Shown piece by piece: positions 35,904-44,963 of a stretch of 64,000 nucleotides of DNA (position 1 is its first letter; every line of letters starts with the position of its first letter). Below the pieces are notes generated by a model. The model was not told the DNA's origin. It searched no databases and worked only from the letters and a program-made list of their open reading frames with translations. Both the position numbers and the translations under genes were made by a program. Source of the stretch: Thermoplasmata archaeon (GTDB lineage Archaea > Thermoplasmatota > Thermoplasmata > Lutacidiplasmatales > UBA184); contig DASWZL010000019.1 of NCBI GenBank assembly GCA_036404475.1, positions 7,181-71,180 on the forward strand, in the 5' to 3' direction.

Positions 35904-37205
35904 CTACTCCGCCCCGGTCTTCAGGAACTCTCGCAGCAGCACGGTCGCGTACGCCCCCTTCGGGAGCGCGAAGCGGAACCAGACCCCCGTCGCTTCCGCC
36001 CCAAGGCCGAGTGGGGGAACCGGAAGGACCGCGGGACGCCAAGCGCCTTTGCTCGCGATCTCGGGCGTTGCCGGGAGGCGGAACATCGAGCGGTCGACCC
36101 CCTCCTCCTGGAGCAGGTCATCGAGGATCGCCCCCACCCGGCCCTCGGCGACCGGGGTCTCGTAGCCGACGAGCGGCCCGGCGAGCAGGGCCCCTTTGCG
36201 CTGGACGAGCTCCGCGCACTCCGTCTCGTTGTCGGCCGAGACCGGGATCCCCTCCTGGCTGCGGACCGTCCCGTCGCGGCCGAGCCGCAGGACGCGGTCT
36301 CCCGGAAGGGGGCGGTCCAGCGGAAGCCCCGCCGCGTGCCGACGGCTCAGCCATCGGTTGAAGAGGAGCGCCTGGAACGCGTGGACGAACAGGAGACGGA
36401 GCTCTCGGGCGAGGGCGCGGAAGGCGCGCTCGGCCGGGTCTCCCCTCGCGAGACGTTCCAAGAGCGCCCGCTCGAACCGGTAGTGATTCGGGAACTCTCT
36501 CAGGGCCCGGATTGGGTCGTGGGTCTCAGCGTACGTCCTCCGCGCTGAGTCGCCGAGTCCGTCGGGGGTCCCCGGCGGCAGAGCGATGAGGTACGTCTCG
36601 ACCGCAGCGCTGAGGTCTCCCCGCACGACATGTCGCCCCACGTCGTGCGTGACCGGCCGCACCTCGCCGAACCGCTGGGGTCCGAAGAAGTTCGGCCAGT
36701 GCCCGTCGGTCCGGAGCTCCTGTTCGGTCGCCCGGAACGCCTTCAGGGCCTCCGTCACTGGCACCGCGAGCTCGTCGACCCGGACCTCGAACGCGTTGCC
36801 GAAATGGTGGCCAAGGACGAGGCCGTCCCGGGCCGTGTACGCGTCGAGCACAACGACCCGGGGAAGCCCGAGGTCCCCGCTCGGAAGTGGTCCCCGGTAG
36901 GAGAGCAGGCGTTCCGCCACTGCCCGACGGTCCTTCGTTCCCGCCCACTGGACCGAGGCCGAGGGCAGCCCCAGGCGCCGCGCGATCGCTTGCCCGAGCT
37001 CGTGCTGCTCCCAATCGCGGCTCTGGATCCGGAGAACGGAAAAGGCCCCGACGGGGTCGGGCAACGGATAGTTCGAGATCTCGGTCACCCGGAAATCGTC
37101 GGGCGAGCCCTTCGTCCGGCCGGTGACCCCGGGTGTGCGGGACCCGTAGAATTCCATGCCGAACGCCCGGTCCTGCGCCGGGGGCCGTGGAACGAGCGCC
37201 GTCAC
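35904..37205 (-). CDS. truD: tRNA pseudouridine synthase D (TruD/Pus7 family)
   Basis: PDDFRVTE, AGTKDRRAV (catalytic Asp) and NFFGPQRFG are present. An alternative start is ATG 37157. Confidence 0.9.
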   Translation of the reverse strand: MTALVPRPPAQDRAFGMEFYGSRTPGVTGRTKGSPDDFRVTEISNYPLPDPVGAFSVLRIQSRDWEQHELGQAIARRLGLPSASVQWAGTKDRRAVAERLLSYRGPLPSGDLGLPRVVVLDAYTARDGLVLGHHFGNAFEVRVDELAVPVTEALKAFRATEQELRTDGHWPNFFGPQRFGEVRPVTHDVGRHVVRGDLSAAVETYLIALPPGTPDGLGDSARRTYAETHDPIRALREFPNHYRFERALLERLARGDPAERAFRALARELRLLFVHAFQALLFNRWLSRRHAAGLPLDRPLPGDRVLRLGRDGTVRSQEGIPVSADNETECAELVQRKGALLAGPLVGYETPVAEGRVGAILDDLLQEEGVDRSMFRLPATPEIASKGAWRPAVLPVPPLGLGAEATGVWFRFALPKGAYATVLLREFLKTGAE

Positions 37206-37234
37206 GAGCCCGCGACCGGTATCGCCATTAATAC

Positions 37235-37741
37235 ATGATGGTCGGTTACTGCTTCGAGCGGCCGATGATCCGGGCGACGGCTCGTGTGCTGAAGAACATC
37301 ATCGAGGTCGAGGTCGGCCCCGAGACCTGGACGGGACGGCCGGTCGAGTCCGAGAGCCCGGGACTCGGTCAGCGGATCGCCGCCCTTTTCTCGACCGAGT
37401 ACGTCCTCGACCGACCGAGCGCGGCGACGGACGGGCGGTCGCTCATCTCCTACCGCGCGAAGGCGGACGAGATCCGGATCCAGGTCGGTGAGGACCTCTG
37501 GAAGACGCGGGCGACGACGTTCGGCCCGATGACGATCCTCTACGGGGGGGTCGAGTACACGATCAACGAGCGGCTCACCGGGCGCTTCGTCGTGCTCCGG
37601 GGAACCGAACCCGTGGGGGTCGGTCGGTTGGGGTTCCGTTCGTGTGTGATCGAGGATTACCCCCCGGCCCTCGAGGTCTTCCTCGCCCATCTCGCCTTGG
37701 GATACGTGGTGCGCACTCTCACCTGGGAGATGTTCGGCTGA
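37235..37741 (+). CDS. Hypothetical protein (168 aa)
   Basis: The frame looks coding and I recognise no motif. The sequence appears beta-rich. Confidence 0.5.
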   Translation: MMVGYCFERPMIRATARVLKNIIEVEVGPETWTGRPVESESPGLGQRIAALFSTEYVLDRPSAATDGRSLISYRAKADEIRIQVGEDLWKTRATTFGPMTILYGGVEYTINERLTGRFVVLRGTEPVGVGRLGFRSCVIEDYPPALEVFLAHLALGYVVRTLTWEMFG

Positions 37742-37747
37742 CTGGGC

Positions 37748-39223
37748 TCAGCGACGGAACGGACCCGGGCGGCGGGGGGGTCGGGCAACGGCCCGGGCAT
37801 TGTGCCCGAAATGGCGATGGTGGGTCAGCGCGTGCGAGAACTGGAACATGTGGTACGGGATCGGGAGCAGCAGGGCGGCTCCGATCACCACCGTTAGGGC
37901 GGCGATCGAGTAGGCGAAGTGCACACCGTATTCGGCGTAGAGCCAGCCGCCGAGGAGGGTCCCCATGAGGCTTCCCGCCCCCGCAATCGCGTTGTAAAGG
38001 CCCAGCGCGCGGCCCCGGGCGGACCTTCCGACCAGCCGGACCAGGAAGAGGGTGCTCGCCGTGCTGATGAACGCCCACGTGACGCCGAGGAGCGCGTTGA
38101 GGAGCGTGAGCCAGGCGAGCAGCGCGGGCGACCCGAGACCGAACAGAACGTAGATCGGACCCCACAGGAACAGGAGCATCAATAGGACGCGTCCGCCGAG
38201 CGACTGGAGGAAGACCGTCTTCGGGGAGTGGGCGTCGACCGCTTTTCCGGAGGTGAAGAACAGGGCGGTGGACGCCGCCGACGAGCCGAGGTAGACGATG
38301 AAGACCCCCGCGTCCGTGAACTTCGCGTCCTGCCAGAGGAACACCGGGAACGGTCCGTAGAAGATGTCGAAGCCGACGCTCATCACCCCGAGAGCGACCA
38401 GAAAGAGGTACTCGCGACCGGGCAGGCGCTCGGCGGTGGACCGGGTGAGGTCGACCAATCCGGAGATCCGGGCCCGGACGTGGCGGAACCGTTCCACCAC
38501 CCCCCGGTTGAGGTTGAGGAGGCCGGAGACGGTCCTTCGTTCGACCCGGGTCGCCGGCTCTTCGATCCAGGCCCATGCGACGGCCGCGGAGACCAGTGCG
38601 AGCGCCCCCGAGACCAGCAAGAGCGCGGTCATCGCCTGGATCGCCGGCTGGGAGTAGCCGATCACGAACAGCCAGAGGAACCCGACCGCGAGCCCCGCGG
38701 TCGTGCCCAGGCCCGAGATGAGGCCGAAGAGCCCGATGTCCTGCGGCCACCAGCGCTTGTGGCGCGTCTCGAGCAGGAGCATCGTCCCGATCGGCGCGCT
38801 CGCGGCGGAAGCGAGACCCTCGACCACGTTGAGCCAAAAGAACGTGATGAGATTCGTCGCGAGCGCGATGAGGATGATGCTCACGCCGGTCGCGAGGAAC
38901 GAGCCGACGAGGAAGTACTTCCGGTGCGCGACGCGGTCGGACAGGTTCCCCCACAGAATCGTGAACGGGACTTGGCTCATCGCGCTCGCCGCGATGATGA
39001 TCGTGACCACGAACGCGCTCGCGCCGAAGTGCTGGAGCGCCAGGAGCGGGATGAGCGGGGTCGCGATCCCGTCCGATACGGCGAGTGGGAGATAGGCGAG
39101 GAACCAGAGGTCGTTCGACGACGGACGAAGTATCGGGCGGGCCTTGATGTCGATCGACGTGTGGCGCGCCCCCGGCAGGCAGTTCGATTCGGGGTTCAGG
39201 GGGATAAAGAATCGGTTCTTCAC
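37748..39223 (-). CDS. MFS transporter
   Basis: About 12 hydrophobic helices are present, with the loop motif GNLSDRVAHRK. Confidence 0.85.
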   Translation of the reverse strand: MKNRFFIPLNPESNCLPGARHTSIDIKARPILRPSSNDLWFLAYLPLAVSDGIATPLIPLLALQHFGASAFVVTIIIAASAMSQVPFTILWGNLSDRVAHRKYFLVGSFLATGVSIILIALATNLITFFWLNVVEGLASAASAPIGTMLLLETRHKRWWPQDIGLFGLISGLGTTAGLAVGFLWLFVIGYSQPAIQAMTALLLVSGALALVSAAVAWAWIEEPATRVERRTVSGLLNLNRGVVERFRHVRARISGLVDLTRSTAERLPGREYLFLVALGVMSVGFDIFYGPFPVFLWQDAKFTDAGVFIVYLGSSAASTALFFTSGKAVDAHSPKTVFLQSLGGRVLLMLLFLWGPIYVLFGLGSPALLAWLTLLNALLGVTWAFISTASTLFLVRLVGRSARGRALGLYNAIAGAGSLMGTLLGGWLYAEYGVHFAYSIAALTVVIGAALLLPIPYHMFQFSHALTHHRHFGHNARAVARPPRRPGPFRR

Positions 39224-39277
39224 GCATCGGGAGGGGCGGTCGCCCGCTCCCCGGACCGCTCCCGGGCCCCGAGAGGT

Positions 39278-39928
39278 CTATCCGGACGTGACCTCGAGGC
39301 TCTCGAGCAACTCTCGGTGCTCGACCACGTTGATCCACTCGACGCGGAGGTACTCCCGGAGGAACTCGTCGGAGACGCCGAGCGTCCGCGCCTCCCCCAC
39401 GACGAACCGGTACGCTTCGACCTCCGTCCAGCGCTTCACGTAGCTCACCCCGGGAGCGAAGAGGTTCGCGCCCCCCTGTCGCTGGATGACGTGGCAGAGC
39501 TCGTGGAAGATGTCCAGGTACAGCACGAGTGGGGGACTTTCGGCGAGGTGGTTCCTTCCGATCACGATGCAGTCGGAGCCCGGCGAGAGCACCGGGTTCC
39601 ACTCGCGTCGGGCGCCCGGGGGCATGTCCCACGGAGCGACGTACATCCAAAGGTCCTGGTCGACGATTTGCACGCACGTCTCATCGAACAGCTTGGCGCG
39701 CGCGACCGCGTCGGGCTGGAGGCGGACGGCGACGGGGAGCTGGTCCGCACCGGGGAAGGCGGCGAGCAGCGGATGTCGGCCGACCGGAAGGTCGCGGGAG
39801 ATCCGGAACTCCTTGGGCGGTGGAGGGTCCGTGCGCGACTTTCGGCGAGCGGCGGGCATGGCGGTGCGGGCACCTCCGCTTGAATACAAGAACCCATCGC
39901 GCGGACCCGACGGAATCGCTTCTTTCAT
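39278..39928 (-). CDS. Putative zincin-like metallopeptidase (HExxH), unknown family
   Basis: A single HELCH motif sits in LYLDIFHELCHVIQRQGG. I saw no signal peptide. Confidence 0.5.
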   Translation of the reverse strand: MKEAIPSGPRDGFLYSSGGARTAMPAARRKSRTDPPPPKEFRISRDLPVGRHPLLAAFPGADQLPVAVRLQPDAVARAKLFDETCVQIVDQDLWMYVAPWDMPPGARREWNPVLSPGSDCIVIGRNHLAESPPLVLYLDIFHELCHVIQRQGGANLFAPGVSYVKRWTEVEAYRFVVGEARTLGVSDEFLREYLRVEWINVVEHRELLESLEVTSG

Positions 39929-39946
39929 GGGGCGTCTCGCGGTCGC

Positions 39947-40902
39947 GTGGAGGAATCGACGCTCGACCTCGCCCGGGTGGGGGGCTCGCCGTCGGCCACT
40001 CAGAGAATCCCGAGGCGTCGAGCGGGGTCACCGTGGTGTTGTTCGACTCGGCCGTGCCGACGGTCGTGGAGGTCCGGGGGGGCGCGTCGGCGACCTACGA
40101 CACTGCCTCCCTTTCGCACGATTCGACGTTCGGCCGTCGCTCGGCCCCCTTCTTCGCGGGAGGAAGTCTCTACGGCCTCGACGCGGCCCGCGGGGTTCGG
40201 CTTCGGGTCCTCGAGCGCGGTGGAGGACATCGCGCGTTCCGCAACCCCAACCTCGTCGCACCGGTGTCGGGGGCCGCTCTGTTCGACCCCCCGCGAAGGA
40301 AGGGCTCGATACCGGATTACCTTCCTCTCGGGTACGAGGCGGCGTGCCGAGCGAGCCGGGAGGAGGTACCCGTTGGGCGCGTCGGCGCCGGTGCGGGGGC
40401 CACCGTGGGAAAGTACCGGGGACGGGACTGTGCGATGCCCGGGGGCATCGGCACGGCCGCGGCCTACCTCGGGCGTCGCGGCTCCCTCGGAGTTCGGCTC
40501 GTGGTGAACGCCTTCGGGGCGGTCCGGGACCCGAGCACGGGTCACTGGGTCGCGGGCGCGCGCGATGATCGGGGACGGGTCACGCCCCCGGGGCCGGGTC
40601 CTTCTGTGCTCGACCCCTCCTCCGGCATCACCCTGGGTCTCGTCGCCACGGACTTCGAGGTCGACGGACCCACCCTGGCCCGGGTCGTCGCCATGGCCCA
40701 TGCCGGATTGGCCTCGACGGTGACGCCGTTCCATGGCGCCACGGACGGGGACGTCCTCTTCGGCGTCTCGACCGGCACGGCGGGCCGGGGGCCTTCGGAA
40801 CGTCGGCCCGGTGAGAACGCCAACCGCCTCGGGGTCCTCGCGGCCCAACTCGCGGCCCGGGCCTCGCTGGGCGCTGTCCGGGTCGCGAACGCGGAGCCCT
40901 AG
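39947..40902 (+). CDS. Peptidase S58 (DmpA/P1 aminopeptidase family); 5' end needs a -1 frame change in a G6 run (39979-39984)
   Basis: The body is in frame 1 (LAVGHSENPEASSGVTVVLF, GGSLYGLDAA, GAGATVGK, TLGLVATD) and has no usable start. GTG 39947 in frame 2 gives MEESTLDLARVGG, which reaches the G run. Confidence 0.75.
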
Positions 40903-41477
40903 TCGTTCGGGTTCCGGCGGAGAGAGGCTCCGCGAAGCCCCCGGATGAGGTCCGCCTTGGTGACGATCCCTTGGAGGTCTCCGTGACGGGCGACCAGGAC
41001 CGCCGGATACCGGCCCAGGAGAGGGGGGAGGAGGTCCGCCGGGAATCCCTCTTCGAGCACGGGGTACGGTGGCTCGAGGACCTCCCGGACCCGGGCTCGA
41101 TGGGCGTTCGGCCGCGCCAGCGCCCGGAGCAACGCGGATTCGGAGAGTGACCCGACGACGCGGCCCTCGTCCACCACAGGCAGCTGAGAGTACGCCCCGG
41201 TCTCCATCCGCTGCGCGGCCGTCGCCAGGGTGGCGTTCGATTCGACACTGGCGAGGGGCCGGTGCATCAGCTCCCCGACGGTGAGCCGAGGCGCGGTGAG
41301 CCCCTCTTGGGTCTCGAGGTAGGAAAGGATGCGCTGGACGAGCTCGTACGACGGCCGGATCTGCCCCCGTTCGATGCGAGAAAGGGTCGCGTCGCTCCGT
41401 CCGATCGCCCGTGCGAGCTCGCCGAGCGAGATGCCGAGGGCGACCCGCCGACGGCGGATCTCGGTGAGGGTGTCCAC
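40899..41477 (-). CDS. XRE-type HTH + CBS-pair transcriptional regulator
   Basis: The HTH is LGISLGELARAIGRSDATLSRIERGQ, followed by two CBS repeats. Confidence 0.8.
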   Translation of the reverse strand: MDTLTEIRRRRVALGISLGELARAIGRSDATLSRIERGQIRPSYELVQRILSYLETQEGLTAPRLTVGELMHRPLASVESNATLATAAQRMETGAYSQLPVVDEGRVVGSLSESALLRALARPNAHRARVREVLEPPYPVLEEGFPADLLPPLLGRYPAVLVARHGDLQGIVTKADLIRGLRGASLRRNPND

Positions 41478-41591
41478 GTCGGGGTCGACGCCCCGCCCAG
41501 GTTAAGGGTCTTTGCCGGGGGTCCCCCGGCCCGGGGGAGGGTCGTTCCGAAAGGTAAAGGACCTCCCCCGCATACTCGACGAGAAGCCCCG

Positions 41592-41852
41592 ATGGAGTCT
41601 CCCCCCCGGCGGATCTCTTGGATCAGCCCCCCGCCGGAGATCTGCTGGCTTTGCAAGGAACCGCTCGGCGACCCGGCCGAAACCAGCTCCTGGAACGGGA
41701 ACCCCGCCCACCGCGACTGCGTGCGGATCCATCTCATGCAGCGCGACCCTGCGTTCCATGAGTCCGGGGACCCCGAGGAGCCCCCCGAGGAGATGGGCGA
41801 CCCGCTCGATGGCGTCCTCCCCCGAGACGACGACGAAACCGATTTCGACTAG
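41592..41852 (+). CDS. Small CxxC...HxxC protein with acidic tail (86 aa)
   Basis: It starts at an internal Met of track ORF 41262..41852. It has CWLCKEPL...AHRDC and a D/E-rich C-terminus. Confidence 0.35.
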   Translation: MESPPRRISWISPPPEICWLCKEPLGDPAETSSWNGNPAHRDCVRIHLMQRDPAFHESGDPEEPPEEMGDPLDGVLPRDDDETDFD

Positions 41853-41974
41853 AGGCTTCCGGGCCGGTCTCGTACGCTTCGGGCGTTACGGAGTGTCGCT
41901 TCGGCGGCTTCGATACCCATAAGAAGGGGTTCCCCGTGCTCGCCCTGTCCCGCCCCTCGGGACAAGGTCGGTTC

Positions 41975-43567
41975 ATGCCCGAAGTGGTCATCACCTGCGA
42001 CTGGACGATGATGAGCAACCACCACGGGAAGGAATTCCTCGGGTTTGGCACCACGACCCCGGCGTACATCCTGCCCGAAGGGGTCTACAAGCGACTCTTC
42101 TTTCCCGACATGCCGGTCGACGAGAACGGCTACCCCCGCCAGGCCCCCTACGGGATGCGGAAGATCGAGGCGTCGCTCATGGACGCCGGATTCGACGCGC
42201 GGATCGTCCACCCGAGCCACCTCGACAAGTACATGCCGGGTCAGGCGAAGGTCCTCTTGATCTCGGGCCACGATTACTTCGGGCTCAACCCTCCGAGCTC
42301 CACGTTCGGCGGGGTGATGAAGAAGGAGACCCTGAACTGCGTCAACTTCAAGCGGATGCTCACGCAACCGGCCGTGGTCGAGGCCCGCAAGCGGGGCCTC
42401 AAGATCATCGCGGGAGGTCCGTGCGCCTGGCAGCTCGCGCCCGCGACCCGGATGAAGCTCCCCTGGATCCAGGAGTTCGTGGACTCCTTCGGCGGTATCG
42501 ACAGCGTCGTCGAGGGCGAGGCGGACCTGTTCGTCAAGGAGATCGTCGGAAAGGCGCTCCGGGACGAGTTCCTCCCTCCGCACATCGTGCTCTCCGCGAA
42601 GGAGGCGCCCAAGGTCGAGCAGATCTCCTCCATCCGGTTCCCGAGCGTCAACGGTCTCGTCGAGATCGGACGCGGGTGCTGCCGCGGTTGCTCGTTCTGC
42701 TCGGTCACCACGCGACCGACGCGATGGTACCCGCTCGAGAAGATCGAGGAGGAGCTCAAGGTCAACGCCCAGATCGACATCCGCAAGGGGATCCTGCACT
42801 CGGACGACGTCCTGTTCTACGGAAGCCCGAACATCATGCCCCACGAGGAGAAGCTGATCCCGCTCCTCCGGCTCGCCAAGCGATACTACCAGCAGGTCGG
42901 TTGGTCCCATGTCGCCGTGGCCACCCTCATGACGAAGCCGAAGATCCTCCCGAAGTGCGCCGAGGTCCTGATCGATGACAAGCAGGACTGGTGGGGGGTC
43001 GAGGTCGGCGTCGAGACCGGGTCCCCGCGCATGATCACCGCCGCGATGCCGGGGAAGGTGGCTCCGTTCAAGGCGTCCCAATGGCCCGAGCTCGTCGTGC
43101 AGTCGGCCGGCCTCATGAACGACAACCACGTCTTCCCGGCGTGCACGTTCATCGTCGGGCTCCCCCAGGAGACCGAGGACGACGTCCAACGGACGATCGA
43201 CCTCATCGACGACCTCTGGGAGTTCAAGGCGATCCTCGTCCCGATGTTCTTCGTTCCGCTGGGCCACCTCCAGTCCCGGGACTGGTTCCGTCGGGACCGA
43301 CTGAGCCCCCTCCAGCAGGAGCTCCTGAAGCGCGCGCTCACGCACGGGCTGCGGCAGTCGAAGCGGATGCTATCCGACTTCTTCGATTGGGAAGGCCACC
43401 ACACGAGACTCGTCCGGGGTTCGTTCCGCGGCTTCATCGGGTTCCTCGAGCTGCTCGCCGGGATGCACGGGCTCACGAGCGAACCCACCCGGCCCGGGCG
43501 AGCGATCGTGGACCCGAACCGCACGCCGGACCGGCTCCCCGTTCCCACGATCCCCGTGCGTGAATAG
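41975..43567 (+). CDS. Radical SAM protein with N-terminal Rossmann/B12-binding-like domain
   Basis: GRGCCRGCSFCSV carries CxxxCxxC, and GVEVGVETGSPRM is also present. The N-terminal ~200 aa resemble the class-B radical SAM fore-domain. The track ORF begins at 41936. Confidence 0.8.
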   Translation: MPEVVITCDWTMMSNHHGKEFLGFGTTTPAYILPEGVYKRLFFPDMPVDENGYPRQAPYGMRKIEASLMDAGFDARIVHPSHLDKYMPGQAKVLLISGHDYFGLNPPSSTFGGVMKKETLNCVNFKRMLTQPAVVEARKRGLKIIAGGPCAWQLAPATRMKLPWIQEFVDSFGGIDSVVEGEADLFVKEIVGKALRDEFLPPHIVLSAKEAPKVEQISSIRFPSVNGLVEIGRGCCRGCSFCSVTTRPTRWYPLEKIEEELKVNAQIDIRKGILHSDDVLFYGSPNIMPHEEKLIPLLRLAKRYYQQVGWSHVAVATLMTKPKILPKCAEVLIDDKQDWWGVEVGVETGSPRMITAAMPGKVAPFKASQWPELVVQSAGLMNDNHVFPACTFIVGLPQETEDDVQRTIDLIDDLWEFKAILVPMFFVPLGHLQSRDWFRRDRLSPLQQELLKRALTHGLRQSKRMLSDFFDWEGHHTRLVRGSFRGFIGFLELLAGMHGLTSEPTRPGRAIVDPNRTPDRLPVPTIPVRE

Positions 43568-43576
43568 GCCCAGGGC

Positions 43577-44110
43577 CTAGGCTTCGTCCTCGGGAAATCC
43601 CATTGCGTCGACCGGTGCGGGTCGATGCACCGCCCGGGGTCGGTACTCCGGCAGTTCTCCGCTCAGGTCGGGGGCGACGGCCGTTTCGCGCACCTCCAGT
43701 CGCGTCTCCTCCCCGTTGCCATCGTACGCTCGCCACGAGCCCGGTCCGAACGGGGTCCCGACGATGATGTGGCGACGCCCCCAGCTCCGGAACAGACGGA
43801 GGTCCGCGTCCGATGGGTGGAGCGCTCCCGAGGGGTGGGAGTGGATCGTCCCCACGACCGTCAGATCGGCGGGAAGCATGTACAGCCGGAAGTTCGCGTG
43901 GCGTCGCCCCGCGGTCGTCCCGGGGAGGAGGAGAAGCTCGCTGATGACCCCCGGGGGGTCGGCCCGGAGGACCCCTCCGAACTCGTTCGGGTAAGCGGAC
44001 CGGGCGCTCGCGAGCGCGCTCGCGAGGGCGTGTCGGGTGATCGTGCGGGGGGTCTCGCCGAGGCGAGGGGACCCGGGGGGTCGTTTACGGGTGGGGCGGA
44101 AGATCGGCAC
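43577..44110 (-). CDS. JAMM/MPN+ metalloprotease
   Basis: NEFGG (Glu) and HSHPSGALHPSDAD (HxHx7Sx2D) are present. Confidence 0.8.
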   Translation of the reverse strand: MPIFRPTRKRPPGSPRLGETPRTITRHALASALASARSAYPNEFGGVLRADPPGVISELLLLPGTTAGRRHANFRLYMLPADLTVVGTIHSHPSGALHPSDADLRLFRSWGRRHIIVGTPFGPGSWRAYDGNGEETRLEVRETAVAPDLSGELPEYRPRAVHRPAPVDAMGFPEDEA

Positions 44111-44963
44111 CCGACGGTCCTCCTCCCGACCCTTCCTCAGTCCACGGCAGGATCCGCTTCCCTCGCAAGCGTTGGAAGAACCGGGACCCGAATCGGACGA
44201 GCGTCGCCCGGCGGGGGGACCGGTAGACCGTGAGCGCCGAGTCGAAAGGGAGTGGGTACTCGTCCTGGCCGTCCGCGATGACGAGGGCCCCGCGACCGGG
44301 CTCGATCGGCCGCAACCGGACCGTCCGTAGCGGCTCGATGACGAACGCGCGGGCCTCGACCCGGAACGGGGCGATCGACGTGAGCACGATGGCGTCGAGG
44401 CCGGGGTCCACGATCGGTCCGAGGGAGCTCAGGGAGTACGCGGTGGAGCCGGTCGGGCTCGCGACGATGAGCCCGTCGGCCCGGATCTGTCCCGCGACGT
44501 GGCCGTCGAACGCGATCTCGAACAGTCCCATCTTCCCGACCTGGGCCGAGTGCAGGACGAAGTCGTTGGTCGCGTCCGGAACGGGCGTCGTCCCGACCAG
44601 CGCGGCGAGCTTCATCCGCTCCTCGAGGAAATAGAAGCCCTTCAACAGCCGCTCGATCGCCCCTTCGAACTCGTTCGGTCGGCTCGCCTCGACCTCGGCG
44701 AGGACGCCGACCGTCCCGGCGTTAATCGGAAGCAGCGGAGCGTCCGAGCGCCGGAGGACGTAGAGGAACGTGCCGTCCCCCCCGATCGCGATGAGAACGT
44801 CCGGGTCGAGGTCCTCGATCGGCCGGTGGGCCAGCCCGGGGGCGATGCCCGCGGACTCGTCGCTCACGACGACCTCGGCCCGCTCGTCGATCAGTTGGAC
44901 CGCCCGCCGCGCGAGCTCGATCGCCGCCGGCTTGCGAGGGTTCGCGGTGAGGCCGATCCTCAA
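44085..44963 (-). CDS. nadK: NAD kinase (TTG start)
   Basis: The GGDGT motif is present (LIAIGGDGTFLY). TTG 44961-44963 is preceded by GGAGGAGGGG and overlaps the upstream stop as TTGA. Confidence 0.85.
   Translation of the reverse strand: MRIGLTANPRKPAAIELARRAVQLIDERAEVVVSDESAGIAPGLAHRPIEDLDPDVLIAIGGDGTFLYVLRRSDAPLLPINAGTVGVLAEVEASRPNEFEGAIERLLKGFYFLEERMKLAALVGTTPVPDATNDFVLHSAQVGKMGLFEIAFDGHVAGQIRADGLIVASPTGSTAYSLSSLGPIVDPGLDAIVLTSIAPFRVEARAFVIEPLRTVRLRPIEPGRGALVIADGQDEYPLPFDSALTVYRSPRRATLVRFGSRFFQRLRGKRILPWTEEGSGGGPSGADLPPHP

Noticed and set aside
37719-39883. Long ORFs 37719..39677 (-) and 38228..39883 (+)
   Set aside because: These are alternative or antisense frames over the MFS transporter and the HExxH protein. 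Their translations are Arg/Pro/Asp-rich.
41849-43345. 498-aa minus-strand ORF
   Set aside because: It is antisense to the radical SAM gene, whose CxxxCxxC motif and overall pattern identify the plus strand as coding.
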